In this document: positions 37,921-47,629 of the stretch, piece by piece | Numbering within the stretch: the first letter of the stretch is position 1 | How the letters are laid out: each line of letters starts with the position of its first letter | From: an uncultured virus (IMG/VR IMGVR_UViG_3300044859_000256) | Taxonomy: Duplodnaviria; Heunggongvirae; Uroviricota; Caudoviricetes | Reading direction: 5' to 3' (one strand) | IMG/VR virus record: IMGVR_UViG_3300044859_000256 | Length of the DNA stretch: 64,000 nucleotides | The notes under the pieces: model-generated | What the model was told of the DNA's origin: nothing | Seen by the model: only the letters and a program-made list of their open reading frames with translations | Database searches by the model: none | Translations under genes and position numbers: made by a program

Positions 37921-38706
37921 TTAATGAGCAATGATGGCAATACCGGAACATAGACCACGGCGGCCACTATTCCCGGAGCACAAACGGCATCGGTCGCACT
38001 GGGTACGGTTTCCCCCCTCGACACTCGCGGGACAAACCACTTCCCCGGGAATCATTGCATCCGCAGCTGAACTACGGACGCGGAAGGTGCGCCACCCTTG
38101 CGCCTGAGCTTCCAAGTGTTCCGCAGGGGAATCCACACTAGCCATGCATAGGTGCCGATGACTAGATGCCGTACGCCATTGATGCGTATACCCCGTATAC
38201 CCCGATGCGCGGGACACTAGGGAATCCCACACACTCGCCGGGACCATTGCCGGATCCCCGTAGGCTCCCAGACGAACGGCGCGGCCTCTGATCATTGCCG
38301 ATGCGTCACCAGGGGAGACCGTAGGGTAGTTACCCGCAGCGTAACAACGATGCACGGCATTGACGGATTTCCCTACTTCGACATAACAGGTGCGCGGATT
38401 CAATTCATCGCCCCGATGTTTACAGTTGAAACATATGGAATAGTCTGCCCCGCTCAATACGGCATCCGTTGGCCGCATATCGGCGCGGAGTATGAATGTC
38501 TGCCCCATATCGCCTGTTTTTGCATTGCGGGAATGCCATGTAACTATGGCGACGATGGGCGCACCGTCGATAGGGGAGGATCCTTCCCATATGACTGCCC
38601 CGGATGAACGAGGAATCTGATGCAAAGTGATAGCGCGCGCCGTGGGGCGTTCAAGTAGTGACATGGTGCAGACTCCATCTAGATCGCCCGCATTACGCGC
38701 GGGCAT
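37921..38706 (-). CDS. Cys-rich phage protein (possible Fe-S/radical-SAM-like); start uncertain
   Basis: ICFNCKH..CYV, VRLGAYGDP, GYTHQW, MASVDS, CPA..CDRCRLC. Confidence 0.7.
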   Translation of the reverse strand: MPARNAGDLDGVCTMSLLERPTARAITLHQIPRSSGAVIWEGSSPIDGAPIVAIVTWHSRNAKTGDMGQTFILRADMRPTDAVLSGADYSICFNCKHRGDELNPRTCYVEVGKSVNAVHRCYAAGNYPTVSPGDASAMIRGRAVRLGAYGDPAMVPASVWDSLVSRASGYTGYTHQWRTASSHRHLCMASVDSPAEHLEAQAQGWRTFRVRSSAADAMIPGEVVCPASVEGGNRTQCDRCRLCSGNSGRRGLCSGIAIIAH

Positions 38707-38776
38707 CGGTGGGTATCAAAGTGATGCCCATAAGGACCCCTACGGATTACCGCAGGGATCCGAATGGATGCCACTA

Positions 38777-39082
38777 TTAGAAGTCTTGTACCACCACTAC
38801 TTTGGAGGAATCACGCTTGGGATCATGCTCGAGCACCGTAGTGGCATCCCGCAATTGCTTCGGGGTGACCCCGTAGGCGTGTGCTGCATCCTTGAGGGTT
38901 TCATACTCGGACCATTCGCACCGAATGGCGACACGGTCGAATGTAATGGGGTCGCCCGTGTCCTCTGATAGCGCGTCAAGGTGTTCCATGATTAAACGGG
39001 CACCAAACCCGGTCCATCGGGCGCATTCATCGCGTAGAAGGATGTCCATACCATCCTCAACGGATAGGTGTAGCACTACCAT
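38777..39082 (-). CDS. Acidic hypothetical early protein
   Basis: 101 aa, TAATG-coupled to upstream 42-aa ORF. Confidence 0.65.
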   Translation of the reverse strand: MVVLHLSVEDGMDILLRDECARWTGFGARLIMEHLDALSEDTGDPITFDRVAIRCEWSEYETLKDAAHAYGVTPKQLRDATTVLEHDPKRDSSKVVVVQDF

Positions 39083-39210
39083 TATGCGCCTACTTTCATG
39101 GCAAGCATGGCCGCATAGGTTCCATGGGCTACGATGCGATACCCGTTGCGCACGGTGTCACCCTTGCATACGATTCGGTTTCCGTGTGAGTCAGTTTGAA
39201 GCGTGTACAT
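39082..39210 (-). CDS. 42-aa first early gene MYTLQTDSHG... (not in track)
   Basis: Manual translation; RBS TAAGGG; downstream of promoter. Confidence 0.5.
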   Translation of the reverse strand: MYTLQTDSHGNRIVCKGDTVRNGYRIVAHGTYAAMLAMKVGA

Positions 39211-39274
39211 TCGTGAATCCCTTATAGAGGAGTTGAGTATCGAATCCGAATTACGCTCGGCTCCGATGCATTCA

Positions 39275-39302
39275 AGTATAACGAGTACTTCGGATCGGTC
39301 AA
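39275..39302 (-). promoter_or_regulatory. Early sigma70-like promoter
   Basis: TTGACC-16-TATACT. Confidence 0.65.
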
Positions 39303-39663
39303 CGATCTAGCTGGATGAAAAATGATAAATGGGCAACTATTTATAGTCGCCCATATTCCCGCCGGTGCTACCAACGATGCCTGGGGAGGTGTGCTACCAA
39401 CGATGCCCCGCCATGCGTCCCGATGCCCTACGCGGGATCCATTATCCGATGCGGAGCGTGGATGCCTAGCGGATTCGCTTAGGTGTGCCCCGATGCCCTG
39501 CCCTTTACCCTTCCATAGTCGCGCGTGATGGCGTGCGTGCGCGTATTCGGGCGGGCGGGCGCGTGCGCGGGCGCGAGGCCACCGGCACGGGGGGGAACGC
39601 CCCGGGCTCCTTGCGATACACCTCTTCAGACTTTTTCGCCAAACATTTGGGTTCCCCTTGGTT

Positions 39664-39718
39664 CCCCTAAGAGCCCCTAAGAGCCCCTAAGAGCCCCTAA
39701 AGAGCCCCTAAGAGCCCC
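39664..39718. repeat. Tandem 10-mer (CCCCTAAGAG) x~5 near probable genome terminus
   Basis: Directly visible; analogous to short CCTAAAG repeats near T7 ends. Confidence 0.85.
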
Positions 39719-40004
39719 TTCGATACCCCAACCTCCAAAGTGCCTCGGAGACCCCTAAGGACCCCTCAGCAATCGCTGACTCCACAAGATCTGGATAGGC
39801 AGCATGGAGGAGCTCGTGGACGAGGGTGTCTAGTTCATCCTGAGGCTTCTGCCCCAGGGCTATCCTAATGACTCCTTGGGTGTAGTCACACTGCCCTGCG
39901 GAGTCCCCAAGGTTCGGTACGAACCTAAGAGCCCATTTCTTCCCCCTGACCCGAAGAGTCTTAACGGTCCTCCTCGGACTCCGAGCAGGGTCTCCGCTAG
40001 TCAT
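39708..40004 (-). CDS. Small HExxH metallopeptidase-like protein
   Basis: GQCDY..IRI..DTLVHELLHA. Confidence 0.7.
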   Translation of the reverse strand: MTSGDPARSPRRTVKTLRVRGKKWALRFVPNLGDSAGQCDYTQGVIRIALGQKPQDELDTLVHELLHAAYPDLVESAIAEGSLGVSEALWRLGYRRGS

Positions 40005-40726
40005 CCTTTAGTCCTCTTAGGTTGCCTCAGGTTCCTCGGATCATCATCATCAGCATTCTGATGTGACTTCCATAGGTTCCCTGACAGGAGCTTCTTTAGG
40101 TACCCTGGTTCAGCATCATCAGCATTCTGATTTGAGCACCTTAGGTACCCTTAGGAACCTTAGGTCAGCATCATCAGTTTCCTGACAGTACCCCCTCTAG
40201 GAGCCTCAGAACGCCATATTTCTTTCCCTAAGGAAAGCGTGTGACCCGGCCCCCAAGTTGCCTTAGAGTCTCCTTATCCCTCCCTAGTGGTCTTCATCCT
40301 ACGGATGTATGCACTAGTACCTGTTTACCTATCTACTTCCCAGTCCTAGCTTCTTTGGAGGATGATGATGTCATACCTACAGGATCTAGACTATCTGACC
40401 TTAGGGTGGTTGCAGAGGAACAGACACCACTGTCTGGCTCTACTCACCCCGGGTGGTTGCAGTATGGTTCTAACCTGACCATACGCAGGGGCAGAAACGA
40501 AAGTCAGTATCTCCATAGGTCACCGAGGGGGATTCCCACTACCCCCATGGCCGCTGAACGGCATCTTAAGGAACTTAGATCATCGGTAGCGTATGGACGC
40601 TGTGTAGACACAGTATTGACAGCAAGGCTCCTAGGTTCCCCCAGGATCGATTCTTCCCCTTTGGGCGACCTCTGACCCACCCGAAGGGTTAAAAGGGCAC
40701 CTGGGGCAACCTAGGAGGTTTAGTCC

Positions 40727-41011
40727 TTAGTTAGCAGTTCTGAAGTTCTCACCAAGCGTTGCTGCTTCAGCGAAGGATGTCTTGTCCTCACCCGTGGCGT
40801 TTCCCACAATGTGGGGCAGCGTGAGGCACTCACGAAGATGACGAACATTTCGGTCAATGGTGTCGTGGAGCTCATTACTGTGTTGACCAGCAGCAACGAT
40901 CTGATTGATAAGGCCTACAGAATCATGCGAAGCGGAGATGTCCTGGGCGATCTGCTCGGGAGACCTGGGGATGGCATCAAGTGTTATGGGGATAACTGGT
41001 TCTGTGGTCAT
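40727..41011 (-). CDS. Small partner of the YadA-like fibre (possible assembly chaperone)
   Basis: 94 aa, starts 4 nt after the fibre stop. Confidence 0.7.
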   Translation of the reverse strand: MTTEPVIPITLDAIPRSPEQIAQDISASHDSVGLINQIVAAGQHSNELHDTIDRNVRHLRECLTLPHIVGNATGEDKTSFAEAATLGENFRTAN

Positions 41012-41015
41012 AGCG

Positions 41016-42356
41016 TTACCAAGTTGAAATCGCTACACGCTTCCAAGTGTTGGTAGCTGTGCAGACATAGATGTAGTCGGTGTCGTGAACGATGTCCCCC
41101 TTGGTGCCTGTCGCTGTAGCAGAGGCTGGGGTCTTCTGAGTGGCAACCGATACGGTGTCACCTGTAATCAGCAACGAGCCAAACAGTTTGGTGGATGTTG
41201 TTGCAGTTACGCCGATGACAGTTGTGTTAGTTCCAAGCCCAACTGCGCCCTTGCCGATGACGATTGAGTTAGTGTCACCGACAGCGGCAACATCGGATTC
41301 AAATCCAATGACTACATTGTTGCTGCCTGTAGTAAGCAAGTCACAAGCGTAGCCACCCAATGCCGTATTGCTTGCGCCTGTTGTTACTGCACCAAGCGAG
41401 TGTGCGCCCAGAGCAGTATTGTTGGTTGCTGTTGTGGCAGCATCCATAGCATTACTACCGATTACAGTATTTCGATTTCCTGAACAACTAGCACTTAGTG
41501 CCACATATCCGATTGCCGTACTTCCGTATCCAGCATTGCCATATCCTGCACTTGCTCCAATAGCAACTAAGAATTGACCGCCTACCTTGTTTGCAGCACC
41601 TGCCGCAGAGCCAATAGCCGTAAGACCAGCACCAAGATTGCTTGCACCGGCATTAAAACCAATCGCAATGCAGTTTGCGGCGTTGTTGGCAGTTCCTGCA
41701 TTGCCACCTACAAAAACATTGTTTACGCCTGTGTTAGAAACTCCTGAACCGGGACCAATAGCAACTAGATCATTGGATTTATTTTGGTACGCCGCTTGAT
41801 ACCCAAACGCCAACACAGTATTCCCCGTGTTTACATCTGCCGCCTGAACACCAATAGCCGTAACACTTGTGCCAGAATTTGTGCCAAGCGCAAGCCGACC
41901 GATTGCAATGTTGGTATCGAAGTCTCCCGCACCACGACCAATCTTGTGTCCGTTGATGTAGGAATCTTTAGCAATACCAACACCACCCGAAACAAGCAAA
42001 GCACCCGTAGCAGACGATGTTGATGCGGTTGTAGTAGAGAAGGTGTTAAGAGCAGTCCAAACATTTGTACCACCTAATCCAACACCGCCCCCACCCGCTA
42101 CGGTTGCCGCCGCCCATGCGCTTCCATTCCATTGGGGTACTTGATTTAAAGTAGCTCCACTTTGCGTTAAATTGGATAATGTGTGTGTATGTGTTACCTC
42201 TGCTTTTTCTGCTAACATTCCTTCAAACTTTGTGGTTTGAACTTTAGTTTCTAAAGCAACTGTAAGCTCAGCTGTTTTTTTTAAAGAAGAAGATAACAGA
42301 GTTTGTAATTTCTTATTTAATAATTGCTGCTGTTGTAATGCTTTACTGGTACTCAT
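41016..42356 (-). CDS. YadA-like beta-roll repeat fibre/adhesin, copy 2 (phage B N-terminus)
   Basis: ~14-aa NxAIGxxA repeats; C-terminal TPASATATGTKGDI..YIYVCTATNTWKR. Confidence 0.88.
   Translation of the reverse strand: MSTSKALQQQQLLNKKLQTLLSSSLKKTAELTVALETKVQTTKFEGMLAEKAEVTHTHTLSNLTQSGATLNQVPQWNGSAWAAATVAGGGGVGLGGTNVWTALNTFSTTTASTSSATGALLVSGGVGIAKDSYINGHKIGRGAGDFDTNIAIGRLALGTNSGTSVTAIGVQAADVNTGNTVLAFGYQAAYQNKSNDLVAIGPGSGVSNTGVNNVFVGGNAGTANNAANCIAIGFNAGASNLGAGLTAIGSAAGAANKVGGQFLVAIGASAGYGNAGYGSTAIGYVALSASCSGNRNTVIGSNAMDAATTATNNTALGAHSLGAVTTGASNTALGGYACDLLTTGSNNVVIGFESDVAAVGDTNSIVIGKGAVGLGTNTTVIGVTATTSTKLFGSLLITGDTVSVATQKTPASATATGTKGDIVHDTDYIYVCTATNTWKRVAISTW
41117..42033. repeat. Copy 2 of ~0.9-kb direct repeat
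   Basis: Aligns to 1-917. Confidence 0.95.
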
Positions 42357-42652
42357 TACTTACATTTTCTATTTTTAGGACATGATGTCTTAGACTTACC
42401 GGGTCCACCCCATAGGTCTTTGCATGCCCAGTATTTAGCAGTGAGTTTATTACTTGCGGAATCACACTTATGTCTAGCCTTGAAAGACTTACGAGCTTCA
42501 GGACTATAGTTGTTACCATATCCTGCTGCTCCATAATGAATGATCTTCTCTTGCCCATTAGCACAAGCCTTTACTACCCGCTTCTTATTGGGGTTAGGAG
42601 ACTTAGTGGGTTTGTTACAAGACATGCTAGCTTTATTAACTTTCTTAGCCAT
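42356..42652 (-). CDS. Basic Cys-containing phage protein
   Basis: RBS AGGAGG; RKSFKARHKC..TAKYWAC..LW motif. Confidence 0.75.
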   Translation of the reverse strand: MAKKVNKASMSCNKPTKSPNPNKKRVVKACANGQEKIIHYGAAGYGNNYSPEARKSFKARHKCDSASNKLTAKYWACKDLWGGPGKSKTSCPKNRKCK

Positions 42653-44258
42653 TAGGTTGTCCTCCTGTAAATGCAGACATGTCAGCACCAGAGTTCTGAA
42701 GAACATTCATGATACCTTGTCCACCATTCTGTGCGAGATCTTGTTGTCCTGCCTGTGCCATGATGTTACCCATTGCTCCAGCAGTTGCCTGTGTGGAAGC
42801 CTGAGCCATCTGCTGCTGAGCCTGTTGTTGTTGCATCATCATTTGCTCTTGCTGAATATCTTCAGCTGATCGTACCCAATTACGGGCATCAAAGCCAAGA
42901 GAAGTAATCAACGCTCTAGCATACTCTTCCCATTTAAACGCAGCGGCTGCTTGCTCAGGTAGATTGCGAACCATCTCGCCCATCTGCATAAGCTTTTGCA
43001 AATCAGTGTCACGACTTAGGGCTTGAAGACCAGTAATTACTTCAATAGATAATACACCTTCATCATCAAAGAACTGTTCATACATTCTTGTATCAAGTTC
43101 TTCGTTTTCAATCATTAAAAATACAGATCGCTTGACAATTGGTTCCATGAGATCTCTAGCGATAGCACTGAATGCTCCACCTAAGACTGTCTCAAGTTCA
43201 GAACCAATCATACGAACAGCGGTAGCAGTCACGCGGTCACCACTTGGTAGTGAGGAGGCAGACATTAAGAATGCCTGACCAATTTCTCTACGCATAGTTT
43301 CAACAGCGGTCTGAGCAGCTGAAATCTGTGGGTTCATTGTCTGTGATGGTGACAGTACAAACACATCTGCTTGTCTCACGGGAATCCATGAGCCATTGGG
43401 TGCATCAGCAACATCGTCTACCTCAGTAATACCGGATGGATCAATGCCCATCCAGAAGGCTGAGGCTGCTGCCATGCCATCAAGCAATGCCTTAGTATAA
43501 CCATCAAGACTTGATAGGTCGCCTAGGATATCTTCGCAGTGCGATCTCCCGTAGTTTTCTCCGGGTATGCCGTACCACCGTAGTACCGTCACAGGACATA
43601 CTTCGTAGACACCGCTTGTCAGTAGGTTCCCATCGCCGTCTTCCTTTGTGTACTTCCATAGGTTGTCCTCCTTGAGATATTGACAATATGTTTTTTTGTA
43701 ACCTCTCTTAGCGGATTCGGGTAAAGAGAAGTGAGGACTAATTGCTTCTGGGTCTACAAGATCATATTCAATATGAATAATTTCATTGACATCTCCAGCA
43801 ACGGTACGCTGTACAGCATAGTTATCTAGACGAGTAACTCTAAACTTAAAGTCATCCATCTCATGTACTAAACAATCTCCAACTACAATTAAATTTTGTA
43901 TTGTTTGAAAGATTGTTTCTCTTAGGTTAGTACCAATAAGTTTGCGATAGACTTGATAACTCATAGTCTCAAGATACTGTCCAATTTCTGCGGTTGGTTC
44001 TACACCAGACCGAAGACCAAATTTAAAAAAGGGTGTGTCATTCAAAGGCATCATTGCTGACAGCATTCGACTAGCTAATGAAGTCACACCTCTCGCACCA
44101 ACAGAGGATGTTGGCTGTGGTAGTTCCATCTCTTCCGTCCAACCCGAAGGTGGGAGAAGACTTGGAACAGTTAGTGCGGCACATAGCCGAGCACGGTATA
44201 GTTTAGATGTTCGCATTGCATCTAACATTCGGAAGCGTTCAACAAGATTGTTTTTCAT
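42645..44258 (-). CDS. Portal protein (phage B)
   Basis: GARGVTSLASRML, ENYGRSHCE, DRVTATAVR, LGGAFS, GLQALSR. Confidence 0.95.
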   Translation of the reverse strand: MKNNLVERFRMLDAMRTSKLYRARLCAALTVPSLLPPSGWTEEMELPQPTSSVGARGVTSLASRMLSAMMPLNDTPFFKFGLRSGVEPTAEIGQYLETMSYQVYRKLIGTNLRETIFQTIQNLIVVGDCLVHEMDDFKFRVTRLDNYAVQRTVAGDVNEIIHIEYDLVDPEAISPHFSLPESAKRGYKKTYCQYLKEDNLWKYTKEDGDGNLLTSGVYEVCPVTVLRWYGIPGENYGRSHCEDILGDLSSLDGYTKALLDGMAAASAFWMGIDPSGITEVDDVADAPNGSWIPVRQADVFVLSPSQTMNPQISAAQTAVETMRREIGQAFLMSASSLPSGDRVTATAVRMIGSELETVLGGAFSAIARDLMEPIVKRSVFLMIENEELDTRMYEQFFDDEGVLSIEVITGLQALSRDTDLQKLMQMGEMVRNLPEQAAAAFKWEEYARALITSLGFDARNWVRSAEDIQQEQMMMQQQQAQQQMAQASTQATAGAMGNIMAQAGQQDLAQNGGQGIMNVLQNSGADMSAFTGGQPNG

Positions 44259-44268
44259 TTACACTCCT

Positions 44269-44601
44269 TTATGTAGATACACCATTATATAATGCGGAAT
44301 AAAAATCTAATGCCTTAGCGTTACCACCTTGAATACCTCTAGTACTCTGTGCTTCAGACTGTGACTGAGCTTCCATGATTGCTTCTTGTTCTGCAGCCGT
44401 AGATGTCTGGACTGCTGCTTGCTCATCTGCCTTGGTTCTAGCCATAGCAATAGCTTCTCTAGCAACACGGCGAGTCTCGGAATCTTCTGCTGCTTTTCTA
44501 CGCTCTTCTTCTTGTTCCTTTTGGAAGGCGCGTTCGTCATCCATCAGTTTCTTTTGTTCATTATATGTCATACCACCACTAATACTAGGGCTTCCACCCA
44601 T
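44269..44601 (-). CDS. Small coiled-coil virion protein
   Basis: MGG start, RBS, precedes portal. Confidence 0.65.
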   Translation of the reverse strand: MGGSPSISGGMTYNEQKKLMDDERAFQKEQEEERRKAAEDSETRRVAREAIAMARTKADEQAAVQTSTAAEQEAIMEAQSQSEAQSTRGIQGGNAKALDFYSALYNGVST

Positions 44602-44602
44602 G

Positions 44603-44794
44603 TTACTTGCCTCCTTGCTGTTGCTTTAGCACAGCTTTTAATTTGTTTACGACTTCTATTTGCCCTGCCCTAAATGCAGATCGTCTTGCAAACTTGCTTT
44701 CTTCACAGTCAGCATCGTATTCAAGGGGCTTGTATAGTTCTTCCAGAATTTTTATCAGGTCTGGGTCTATTCTCGGATACTTTTCTGATTTCAT
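44603..44794 (-). CDS. gp6.5-like small protein
   Basis: P.I..LI..LE..Y...AGQ..VV..LK. Confidence 0.65.
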   Translation of the reverse strand: MKSEKYPRIDPDLIKILEELYKPLEYDADCEESKFARRSAFRAGQIEVVNKLKAVLKQQQGGK

Positions 44795-44905
44795 TTTTTA
44801 ACTCTTCTATCTGAACATAGAGATCTTTAATCAACTGTTTAACTTCAGGTAAATCTATTGGGGTAGATAAAGCTAAGCGAGTCTTCGATTGTTGAATATT
44901 AGTAA

Positions 44906-45736
44906 TCATGTGTTCTTACTGGCTTTCTTTGCAGCCTTAGCTGCTTGCTTTGCTTGCTTATTTGCAGCTTTAGTTTGCTGCTTGGTTTGTTTAGCAATTG
45001 ATTTATTCAACTGAGCTAATTGTTTTTCAAGTACTGTTTCGTATTTTTCTGTTTGGGTATTCTGTAAAGTAGGATCAGATCTAAAGCGTAGCGTTTCTAC
45101 ATCTCTAAGAGTCTGTAGTTTAGCAGCGGCTACTTCTTCGGGTAGCTTATAGCTATAGATTTTATTTCTATTAGCATCGTAGCTAAAGCTTTTATCTTTA
45201 TTCCTAGCTGCCTTGTATGCATCCATATCAAAGCCAGCATCTGTGCTTCTACTATACCCTGTTTGTGCATTCTTTGTTACTGATGAAAGATATTGTTCTA
45301 GAACACCAACCTTTTGTGCTTCACCTTTTTGTTTTAGAAACTCAGTGATGCGTTGCTGCTGTAGATCAAATTCTTCATTCTGTTTGGTAATTGCACCCAT
45401 CTGCTCATCAGTTTGTCGCTTTGCTTCAGTCTCTGGATTAAACACATAGAAGGCAGCATCATTATTTGCTGTGGTTATATCCTCACCCACAGTAAAACGA
45501 ACATCCTTCATCTTTTCATAGAGAGGATTGTAGACATCAGCAAAATTAAGCTGGTCTTTCTTAGTCAGGGCAGTCTCTTTAGTGGCAGAGAAATAAGACG
45601 CTTGTCCTACATCTGTCATGTTTAAAAGACCACCTTGAACACCAGCAATATCTTCTTTGAGTTCAGTCTGTTGTGCAGTGAGAGCAGCAATAGAAGCTGT
45701 TCTTTCTTCCATTGTTGGTTTCTTTTTTCTTGCCAT
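44906..45736 (-). CDS. Hypothetical helical protein with Lys/Ala-rich tail
   Basis: 276 aa ORF. Confidence 0.7.
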   Translation of the reverse strand: MARKKKPTMEERTASIAALTAQQTELKEDIAGVQGGLLNMTDVGQASYFSATKETALTKKDQLNFADVYNPLYEKMKDVRFTVGEDITTANNDAAFYVFNPETEAKRQTDEQMGAITKQNEEFDLQQQRITEFLKQKGEAQKVGVLEQYLSSVTKNAQTGYSRSTDAGFDMDAYKAARNKDKSFSYDANRNKIYSYKLPEEVAAAKLQTLRDVETLRFRSDPTLQNTQTEKYETVLEKQLAQLNKSIAKQTKQQTKAANKQAKQAAKAAKKASKNT

Positions 45737-45739
45737 TGT

Positions 45740-47629
45740 TTATCCTGTTAAATCTATTATCTCACAAGCTCCTGCAGTACAGGCTAAAGTGTGAGATGAT
45801 GTTGTTGTGTCTGTCTTCTCATATAAAGAGAGATGATTAAAGTCTACATCTATAACAGGAAACGAATTGTAAGTTTCTAGTGATATAGATTCAAAGGGAG
45901 CTTGTGCATAGATATGATCTGACTTTGGTAAGAAAGATATACCAGAGATCTTATCAAAGTTTTCCCATACCCATTGTCCAACAGGTAGGAATTCATTGTC
46001 AGCATAGTTAACAGTAATGCTTGGCTTGTGCTGACAGTAATGCTCTTGATAGGTTAACCATAAGTTAAGATGATCAATAGCTGATAGTTCATTCTGAGTT
46101 AGTGATCCCGATGGAGCAGCCTGAACAAAGGTAAAGACTGCAGTTGAATCCGCATTCATTACACAGTCTTCTACTGGTACTTGGGCATCTCGCATCATAA
46201 AGTAGAGTGGATCCTTCTTGTCGATACGGACTCTTCTAAAGTAATGCTCAGCATACCGGGGATGTAATCCGCTGGCTGACGAAGCAAGACATGAAGTTGT
46301 ACCTTCTGGTTTAATACAAGTAATTGATTTACTTGGGTTGATACCCAGCTTCTTAGACCAGTCAAGGTTAGTCTTGATGGCTGTCTCTCGTAGATCCTCA
46401 AGGACATACTTAAGTCTGCCATGTCCTAGTAGACCGGACATCAACTTGTTATCAAAGATACCTGTCATGGATACACCAAGCAGTCTCTCTTCTTCACAGT
46501 TATCTTGCCATGTCTTATCTTTGGCTAGGTAAGGAAAATAAGTGAACATGCTTTGGATAGTGCCAATGATGGTAGCCATTTCAATTTTCTTTTCTAACGA
46601 CTCTTGTGTATCAGTTGCATTGACAACAACAGTAGATAGATTACAAAATTGATTAGGGCGTAGGATGATCTCACTACATGGATTCGTTCCATAGTAATGA
46701 TCCTCACCACGCTCTGCCTTGACAGCAATGTTCTTCATTGCATCACGATTACAAAGACCACGCTCTCCACTATGGGAGTTGTATAAGTCTGTCCACTCTT
46801 CAAGGAACTGACCCATTGATGGTCTGCCATTGTAGATGGCTGAGTTGTTTGCTAAGGCACGATGACTTGAGGCTTGCCACCACGCACCACTCTTGCAAGT
46901 AGCCATCTCACGGTCTGCTAGGTCGCTTAGAGAGATCATAGCGGAGCGGCGTACACCACCCACGATGACTGACTGAGCAATCTTGCAGCAGATATCATGG
47001 CACTCAAGGGGCGTAAGTCTACGACCTTGGGCAGAATAGAATGTCTGTACTACAAATCTAAAGACTTCTTCTAGTGGGGCAGGACCGCTTGCTCTACCAC
47101 CAAAGGTCTTTAGTCTTTCACCTGACTTACGAATCTTACTTGTGTCCCACTTAATGTGGATACCCTTGTAAAGATTGTCAAGTAGATTGTTAAGTGCATC
47201 ACACCAACCCTCGCGGCTATCCTCAACAAACATAACTGTATCAAACATCTTATGTATTGTTGGGATAGTCCCAAATTTGTCGGTGCATCTACGCTCAACC
47301 GTATAGCCTACTCCAGTACCGCACATAAGAATGTACATGAGATTGGAGAAGGAAGTTGTTTTATTAATCTCAATGTATGAGCAATTGTATAGGGCAGTAT
47401 GATCACGATCCAATGCTGGACCTGCGGTCATCAACCCCCGCATACTTGGCAGTACTTCAAGATTAAGAATAGCATCTCTGATATCTGTCCGTGTCAAAAG
47501 GACAGGGGCTTTACCAGTAAAGTAATTCCACCATCTATCGACAGTCTCATCCCAAGTCTCTCTACGATTTTCTTTATCAAGCCAACGACTGTAGCGACTG
47601 ATAGCAATAAACTTTTGAAATGTATCCAT
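45740..47629 (-). CDS. nrdJ: Class II (B12-dependent, monomeric RTPR-type) ribonucleotide reductase
   Basis: LPSMR, YNCS, GGRASGP, VGGVRRSA, TNPCSEI, KPEGT, C-terminal CTAGAC. Confidence 0.93.
   Translation of the reverse strand: MDTFQKFIAISRYSRWLDKENRRETWDETVDRWWNYFTGKAPVLLTRTDIRDAILNLEVLPSMRGLMTAGPALDRDHTALYNCSYIEINKTTSFSNLMYILMCGTGVGYTVERRCTDKFGTIPTIHKMFDTVMFVEDSREGWCDALNNLLDNLYKGIHIKWDTSKIRKSGERLKTFGGRASGPAPLEEVFRFVVQTFYSAQGRRLTPLECHDICCKIAQSVIVGGVRRSAMISLSDLADREMATCKSGAWWQASSHRALANNSAIYNGRPSMGQFLEEWTDLYNSHSGERGLCNRDAMKNIAVKAERGEDHYYGTNPCSEIILRPNQFCNLSTVVVNATDTQESLEKKIEMATIIGTIQSMFTYFPYLAKDKTWQDNCEEERLLGVSMTGIFDNKLMSGLLGHGRLKYVLEDLRETAIKTNLDWSKKLGINPSKSITCIKPEGTTSCLASSASGLHPRYAEHYFRRVRIDKKDPLYFMMRDAQVPVEDCVMNADSTAVFTFVQAAPSGSLTQNELSAIDHLNLWLTYQEHYCQHKPSITVNYADNEFLPVGQWVWENFDKISGISFLPKSDHIYAQAPFESISLETYNSFPVIDVDFNHLSLYEKTDTTTSSHTLACTAGACEIIDLTG

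Larger units (their letters stand above)
1..41116 (-). mobile_element. Phage A: apparently complete, circularly permuted temperate T7-like podovirus genome
   Basis: T7-like core set in canonical order plus integrase/attP; position 1 sequence recurs at 41117, closing a 41,116-bp circle. Confidence 0.88.

Noticed and set aside
40040..40180. Hammerhead ribozymes (CTGATGA on the minus strand, three times)
   Set aside because: No stem II followed by GAAA after any copy
39360..40190. CRISPR or mini-array
   Set aside because: Repeats are short, tandem or irregularly spaced, with no uniform spacers and no cas genes
41117..42033. Phage direct terminal repeat or attL/attR
   Set aside because: Lies inside a coding gene, is imperfect beyond 127 nt, and is far from both attP and the likely terminus
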